Shown: piece by piece, positions 17,988-23,318 of the stretch
Position numbering within the stretch: the first letter of the stretch is position 1
Layout: each line of letters begins with the position of its first letter
Source: Candidatus Krumholzibacteriota bacterium
GTDB lineage: Bacteria > Krumholzibacteriota > Krumholzibacteriia > LZORAL124-64-63
NCBI GenBank assembly: GCA_039714075.1
Contig: JBDLKA010000055.1
Span: forward strand, 1 to 23,318
Length of the DNA: 23,318 nt
Direction of reading: 5' to 3'
Program-made: the position numbers and the translations under genes
Notes under the pieces: generated by a model
The model's input: only the letters and a program-made list of their open reading frames with translations
Database searches by the model: none
Told to the model about the DNA's origin: nothing

Positions 17988-18652
17988 TTTCCTGAAACCT
18001 TTCCCTGAACCCCGGTGACAACAGATTCGCGGGCCCAGAATATATGCGGCATCCACCTGCCCGCGCGTTTTGGGCGCGGACAAGGTGCTGAAGCAGGCCG
18101 TCCGGTGGGCCGGATCATCGACAACCCCGCAGCCCCACCCTGCTGAAATCTTAACAGCATCCAGGCGCCACCGGTCGACCCTTTCAGTTTGGGCGACGAA
18201 ATATCCCCGTGGATATCGTGTCCCTTTCACGGCTTCAATGTTAATGGGCAGGGGGGGCAATTCCAAAAACAAAGTCCTTCAACATATTCATTTTAATTGA
18301 CTTAATCCCTATCATTTCCGTGGGCTATCCGGAATCCAACCCTTTCGGGAGGGTGAAGAGGAGTAATTGAAAGTGAATCCTCATAGTGGCAAATACATGA
18401 CATCCCTAAGGGTAAATTGTTGTAATTTCACAGCTTGAATTAAAGAATACTCTTTTTAACTCTTTTTAATGAACAAAGTTATGAAAATCTACTTGGACAC
18501 CGGGGGAAATCTTGGGCAATTTTGCCGGGAATAGTCAACCCGTCAATTGATTAACACTTTCAATCCGGTTTGGTTATTTGCTTATCAGGCCACTCCTGGT
18601 GGTTTTTCCTGACAACCTGGCCCCAACAACCCCTAAAGGTGAGGTCCGTTTC
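17988..18652. promoter_or_regulatory. Divergent, partly AT-rich control region between the cytochrome c/b gene and the decaheme-porin operon
   Basis: 665-nt non-coding gap, visibly AT-rich at about 18230-18590 against a GC-rich background. Contains the tandem 10-bp repeat ACTCTTTTTA x2 (18449-18468). Confidence 0.65.
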
Positions 18653-19648
18653 ATGGATCGAAGAAATTTCAGCCAGAAGACACCGGGCAGCCCGCTCCTC
18701 CTGTTGTGGGGGCTGGTTTTCTGCCTGGCATTGTCGACCGGCGCGCTTGCCCAGGCTCCTGACGACTTCGCGGGCGCCGAAGCGTGCCTGGATTGTCACG
18801 ACGACATGGCCGCCGAGTTTTCGCGCACCGTACACGGGCAGCTGGCCGATTACGAGTATCCCGGCCTGGCCGGCGGCTGCGAGTCCTGCCACGGCGCCGG
18901 CGCCGCCCACGTCGAATCCGAAGACCCGGCCGACATTTTCCTGCCCACGGCGGAGATGGGAAACGACGGCACCGATCTGTGCCTGGATTGCCACAAGACC
19001 GGGCACACCCTCAACTGGGAAATGAGCACCCACGCCGAATCCGACGTGTCCTGCCTTTCCTGCCACAAGCTGCACGACAACTCCTCCAGCCGGGCCCTGC
19101 TGAACGGCACCGAGGAAGATGTCTGCTTCACCTGCCACATGGACACCCAGAGCAAGTTCCAGCTGCCGAGCCACCACCCGGTTCGTGAAGGCTTCATGAC
19201 CTGCTCCAGCTGCCATGACGTCCACGGCAACCAGTTCCAGGAGATCGCCGCCGGCGAAACCTCCCGGGACGCCTGCCTGGTGTGCCACCAGCAGCATGCC
19301 GGTCCCTTCGTGTTCGAACATTCTCCCGTCATGGAAGACTGCATGATCTGCCATGACGTGCACGGCACCGTGGCCAACAACCTGCTCCGGCAGAACGAAC
19401 CGTTCCTCTGCCTGCAGTGCCACCAGCCGCACTTCCACAGCATTTTGACCGGGGCCGAGGGTGATTTCGGCACCCCGGGCAACGTCAGCGACAGGGACCC
19501 GGGTTACGCCGGCCTGAGCATGACTTCCCATGCCGACAGCATGAAGAAAGTGATGCTGACGAAGTGTACCCAGTGCCACCAGTCGATTCACGGAACCGAT
19601 CTGCCTTCCCAGTCCATCACGGGACAGGGCCGGGCGCTCAACCGATAA
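18653..19648 (+). CDS. MtrA/DmsE-type periplasmic decaheme c-type cytochrome
   Basis: GAGGT RBS and ATG 18653, then a signal peptide. Ten CxxCH motifs: CLDCH, CESCH, CLDCH, CLSCH, CFTCH, CSSCH, CLVCH, CMICH, CLQCH, CTQCH. MtrA hallmarks SHHPVREG, GPFVFEH.PV.EDC and a terminal IHG(T/S). Confidence 0.93.
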   Translation: MDRRNFSQKTPGSPLLLLWGLVFCLALSTGALAQAPDDFAGAEACLDCHDDMAAEFSRTVHGQLADYEYPGLAGGCESCHGAGAAHVESEDPADIFLPTAEMGNDGTDLCLDCHKTGHTLNWEMSTHAESDVSCLSCHKLHDNSSSRALLNGTEEDVCFTCHMDTQSKFQLPSHHPVREGFMTCSSCHDVHGNQFQEIAAGETSRDACLVCHQQHAGPFVFEHSPVMEDCMICHDVHGTVANNLLRQNEPFLCLQCHQPHFHSILTGAEGDFGTPGNVSDRDPGYAGLSMTSHADSMKKVMLTKCTQCHQSIHGTDLPSQSITGQGRALNR

Positions 19649-19704
19649 CCCTCACGGCGGGCCGGTCGAAGGCCGGTCGTCGAACCACTACATACGAGGT
19701 GATT

Positions 19705-21951
19705 ATGAGAACGCGAAACCTGATCATGTGCTCTGCGGTCCTGTTGATGTGCTGGACCGCTGTCAGCCTGGCTGACGAAGAGGGTGCATTCGTAGAGGGA
19801 TCCGCATCGGTCGGCGCTCACTACAGCCATTTCACCGACAACCCCGTGCGGGTCGGCGAATATGTGAACCTGAACGCCACCAAGGACCTTCAGGCGGACA
19901 TGATCCTGAACCTCTTCGGGGGTACGGACAACACTCTCTACAACATCAATCTCGATTACCGTGATGTCGCGACCAAGAGTTTCGAATTCGGGGTGGACAC
20001 GAAGAGCCTCCTGGCCGCGGATTTCCGCTACGGGTCGTTCATCCACAACCTGGATCACGACAACATGCGGAACCTGCAAGGCAAGGCCGGCGGGAAACAG
20101 GTCTACAATACCGACAACGACCCCATGGGCCGTTACTTCATGGAATACGAGCAGTTCCATGGGAACATCAAGGTGGACATGCCCTTCCTGACCGACGGCC
20201 AGGTCACCCTGGGCATGTCCGACCAGCGCAAGTCCGGTTACAAGCAGGCCATGTCCATCGACCACTGCGCCTTCTGCCATGTGGAAAGCAACGCCCAGCG
20301 CGTGGACCAGCAGACCCGGATCTGGAAGGCCGGCGCCGAGGGTTCCCTGGGTCCCGTCTCGGTGAACTACGACTTCGCCAAGACCGATTTCGTGGACAGG
20401 GCCAACGCGCCGGAGCACCGCTGGAAAACCGCGATGCATCCCGTCAAGGGCCCGATCGATCCCGTTTCCGGTCTGGATTATGTCGCCGAATTCGGCAGCC
20501 GGCTGGGTTTCCACGACGTGACCCTGCCCTATGCCCGAACCGCGGACAACGACAAGCTCAGCCACAGCGCCGGGATCAAGGTCGATCTCAAGCGGGCCGG
20601 CACCCTGAAGGGTTCCTACACGAACACCAACCGGACGAACTACCATACCGGCATCGAGGGCAAGTTCGACGCCGGAGCCCTGGGCTACGCGGTCAGGCTG
20701 ACTCCCAAAATGCGCCTGACCGGCAAGTTCCTGGCCTACGAAACCAAGGTCGACGACGCTTTCGTCGATCTGCCGCTGTTCCGTGACGGACGCGGCGCCG
20801 GCGGCCTGGACTTCGACTGGAACCGGATCTCCTCGGCCAACCGCAAGGTCTACCAGGGCGATCTGAACCTCGGATGGAAAGTGGCCAAGGGCAAGCACCT
20901 GAAGGTGAACTGGCGCTACCAGATCATCGACCGGCCGGCCATGGCCCAGAGCCAGACCAACTACGTCTTCGACGGCGCCAACGTCGGCCCTGCGGGGATC
21001 GTGGAAACGCTGCCCTCCGAGGCCTTCGAGAACAAGACAACGGTCAACCGGGTCAAGCTGCGGTACGACTCCCGCATCGGCATGAAGGGCAACTACAACC
21101 TGACCTACACCTACACCGGTGTGGACAAGCCGTTCATGAATCCCACGGCCATGTGCGAGGAAAGCCTGATCGGGACCGGCAGCGCCCATCCCGGCGGCAC
21201 GGCTGCTGGACGGTTGTACTACTTCCAGCGCGAGCGTTTCGGCAACGGGTCCAACCAGGCCAGCCAGTCCCACAAGGCAACGGGCCGGGCGTCGTTCCAG
21301 ATCACCCCCCGCACATCGATCAACGGGTTCGTGACCTACGCGCAGGACAAGAACGACGAGCTGAACATCTACCAGTACGATCGGGACTACCTCTCCCCCG
21401 GTTTGAACCTGTGGACCGCCCCGGCGGACCAGATCCTGTTCACGCTGGGCTGGACCTACAACAAGGTCAAGTCGAACGAGAACATCTGTATCCCGATATT
21501 CGATGGCTGAGCGGGTCACATCGAAGGCTCCGGTTCGGAGCTTCCCGAGCATTACGACTCCGTCAGCACGCAGTCCGATTACACGACCGACACGAACGTG
21601 TTCTTCATGAACGCCAACCTGACCGCCACGGAGAAGCTCAGCTTCTTCGCCGAAGGTGTCTACTCCCTGTCCAAGGGCAGTGCGACTTCCTGGGGGGACG
21701 TGACCCCGGAAGAGGATCACCATTTCGCAGTCAGTACCCCGGACTACGACTTCTCGAAGGTCAACGAATACAGCGACCTCGAGTACACGCAGCTGGAAGG
21801 TACCCTGGGCGTGAACTACAAGCTGGACAAGAGAGCCACGGTTTACGGCTCGGTCAACCTGATGAAACTCCAGGATGACCAGGAGTACGTCTACGGCGAC
21901 CTGACCGGCATGATCGTCACCTACGCCACCGGTATGACCGTGGGCTTCTAG
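19705..21951 (+). CDS. MtrB-position outer-membrane beta-barrel protein with one CxxCH and a predicted selenocysteine (748 aa, U602)
   Basis: GAGGT RBS, ATG 19705 and a signal peptide, followed by alternating beta-strand patterns and CAFCH at 20266-20280. TGA 21508-21510 is followed by an open frame continuous with the 21598-21951 ORF, which ends in the beta-signal-like YATGMTVGF. A SECIS-like hairpin follows the TGA. Confidence 0.85.
21523..21544 (+). promoter_or_regulatory. Bacterial SECIS-like hairpin of the beta-barrel gene
   Basis: GAAG(g)CTCC-GGTTC-GGAGCTTC stem-loop starting 12 nt after the TGA. The apical GG begins 21 nt after the TGA, the same offset as in the Rdx gene. Confidence 0.75.
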
Positions 21952-21994
21952 CCGAAGTCCACGTACCTGCAACACCCGGCAGGGTGACAAGAAC

Positions 21995-22023
21995 GAGGGG
22001 GGCCATCACGGCCCCCCTCTTCC
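21995..22023. terminator. Terminator hairpin between the convergent porin gene and pstB
   Basis: GAGGGGGGCC-atcac-GGCCCCCCTC perfect 10-bp stem followed by TTT and a pyrimidine run. Confidence 0.75.
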
Positions 22024-22051
22024 CTCTCCTCCCCCAGGCAAACCGCAAAGG

Positions 22052-22903
22052 TCAACCAAACCGGCCGGTGATGTAATCCTCGGTTTCCTTGAGCAGCGGA
22101 TTGGTGAACAGCCTGGCCGTCGGCCCGTATTCCACCACCTGTCCCAGATACATGAAGGCGGTGTAGTCGCTGACCCGGCTGGCCTGCTGCATGTTGTGGG
22201 TGACGATCAGCACGGTGTAATCCCCCCGCAGGCGCAGGATGAGTTCCTCCACCTTGGAGGTGGCGATGGGATCAAGCGCGCTGCAGGGCTCGTCCATCAG
22301 CAGGACTTCGGGTTCAGCCGCGATGGCGCGGGCGATGCACAGCCGCTGTTGCTGTCCGCCGGACATGCTGAGCGCACTCTCGTCCAGCCGGTCCTTGACC
22401 TCGTCCCACAGGGCGGCGCCGGTCAGGGCCCTTTCGCAGACGTCGTTCAGGACCGCCCGGTTGCGCTCCCCGTTGATCTTCAGGGCGTAGACCACGTTCT
22501 CCCGGATGCTCATGGGGAACGGATTCGATTTCTGGAACACCATGCCCATGCGGCGGCGCAGCTCGATGACATCGACGTTTTTCCTGTAGACGCTGTCGGG
22601 TCCCAGCTTCATGTCGCCCGTGATCGAAACCGTTTCGATCAGGTCATTCATCCGGTTAACCGACCGCAGCAGCGTGCTCTTGCCGCATCCCGAGGGACCG
22701 ATCAGCGCCGTGACCTTGCCCTTCGGGATGACCATGTTGACGTCGAAGATGGCCTGCTTGTCCGCGTACCAGAGGTTGAAGCCCTCGATGTCGAGAACCG
22801 CTTCCTCCTCGGCCAGTTCGGTGTGGACCGTGGCCGGAACGACCTCGCCGGCGGCGATTCGGGTCAGGCGATCGGTAATGACCTGTGGTTCGGCCTGTGA
22901 CAT
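22052..22903 (-). CDS. pstB: Phosphate ABC transporter ATP-binding protein PstB
   Basis: [56 protein letters not shown] and the terminal [10 protein letters not shown]. Confidence 0.96.
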   Translation of the reverse strand: MSQAEPQVITDRLTRIAAGEVVPATVHTELAEEEAVLDIEGFNLWYADKQAIFDVNMVIPKGKVTALIGPSGCGKSTLLRSVNRMNDLIETVSITGDMKLGPDSVYRKNVDVIELRRRMGMVFQKSNPFPMSIRENVVYALKINGERNRAVLNDVCERALTGAALWDEVKDRLDESALSMSGGQQQRLCIARAIAAEPEVLLMDEPCSALDPIATSKVEELILRLRGDYTVLIVTHNMQQASRVSDYTAFMYLGQVVEYGPTARLFTNPLLKETEDYITGRFG

Positions 22904-22913
22904 GACATCCTCT

Positions 22914-23318
22914 CTAGAACTTGGACCCGCTGAATTTGCGCGCCAAGCGGGACCGCAGCCAGATGGCCGCCGCGTTCAGGAACAGCACGATGCCCATCAG
23001 CAGCATCGTCGTGGTGAAAACCATGGGTTTGGCCGCTTCGGAGTTCTGGCTCTGGAAACCCAGGTCGTAGATGTGGAATCCCAGGTGCATGAAGCTCCGT
23101 TCGGGATGGAAGAACGGGAAATGCTGGTCCAGCGGCAGCTCCGGGGCCAGCTTCACGGCGCCCACCAGCATCAGCGGCGCAACTTCCCCGGCTCCCCGGG
23201 CCATCGCCAGGATGGCGCCGGTCATGACCCCGGGCAGGGCGCGCGGCAGCACGACCCTTTGGATGGTCTGCCATTTGGTGGCGCCGCAGGCGAAGGAGCC
23301 CTCCCGCATGGAGGTCGG
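22914..23318 (-). CDS. pstA: Phosphate ABC transporter permease PstA, 5' part outside the window
   Basis: [26 protein letters not shown]…[17 protein letters not shown]-loop region, immediately upstream of pstB. Confidence 0.92.
   Translation of the reverse strand, partial: PTSMREGSFACGATKWQTIQRVVLPRALPGVMTGAILAMARGAGEVAPLMLVGAVKLAPELPLDQHFPFFHPERSFMHLGFHIYDLGFQSQNSEAAKPMVFTTTMLLMGIVLFLNAAAIWLRSRLARKFSGSKF

Noticed and set aside
17988..18272. 95-aa N-terminal extension of the cytochrome c/b ORF; likewise the extensions at 18578, 19564 and 10648
   Set aside because: Signal peptides and/or RBSs point to starts at 17987, 18653, 19705 and 10747/10762. The extensions look like non-coding sequence.
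18310..18420. Possible c-di-GMP/c-AMP-GMP (GEMM-I) riboswitch: CCC-GAAA-GGG hairpin on the minus strand upstream of the cytochrome gene
   Set aside because: The flanking GGCAAAC and GACGCAAAGC consensus elements are not in the right arrangement. An Infernal/Rfam scan would settle it.
18410..18436. Canonical Rex or CRP/FNR operator
   Set aside because: Only the TTCACA half-site matches, and the left arm and spacing are off, so it is not called as a feature.
21598..21951. Separate 117-aa gene, or a pseudogene interpretation of the porin
   Set aside because: It is in frame with the upstream ORF across a single TGA and has no evident RBS or signal peptide. A SECIS-like hairpin matching that of the Rdx gene favours Sec read-through.
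22052..23318. pstAB as part of the electron-conduit system
   Set aside because: They are convergently transcribed, separated by a terminator hairpin, and are ordinary phosphate-uptake genes.
1..23318. CRISPR arrays, tRNA/rRNA genes (including tRNA-Sec), transposases or integrases
   Set aside because: I saw no repeat-spacer periodicity, cloverleaf-like intergenic segment or mobile-element ORF by eye.

Overview
This is a GC-rich bacterial window. The FlgD-Ig-tailed secreted peptidase and the kinase-TPR protein suggest an FCB-group lineage such as Krumholzibacteriota/Latescibacterota (inference). The left two thirds hold mostly housekeeping or accessory genes: a partial EamA transporter, an M1 aminopeptidase, an FmdB zinc-ribbon protein, a uridine kinase-like fusion, a Ser/Thr kinase-TPR protein, a stand-alone ACT protein, ElbB, a ParA-like ATPase, a Tdh-like dehydrogenase, two hypothetical proteins (one GAP1-like) and a small SelW/Rdx selenoprotein gene that the ORF track missed. 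The main signal is at 16074-21951. An 11-heme c / di-heme b CbcL-like membrane protein is transcribed divergently from an MtrA/DmsE-type decaheme cytochrome and an MtrB-position outer-membrane beta-barrel. The barrel carries its own CxxCH motif and reads through an in-frame TGA (predicted Sec602 in a C-x6-U motif) followed by a SECIS-like hairpin. Both recoded TGAs in the window have the same CTCCGGT hairpin apex at the same +18..+24 offset. This points to a selenium- and heme-equipped porin-cytochrome electron conduit. pstB and a partial pstA end the window. Family assignments come from motif recognition only; no searches were run.
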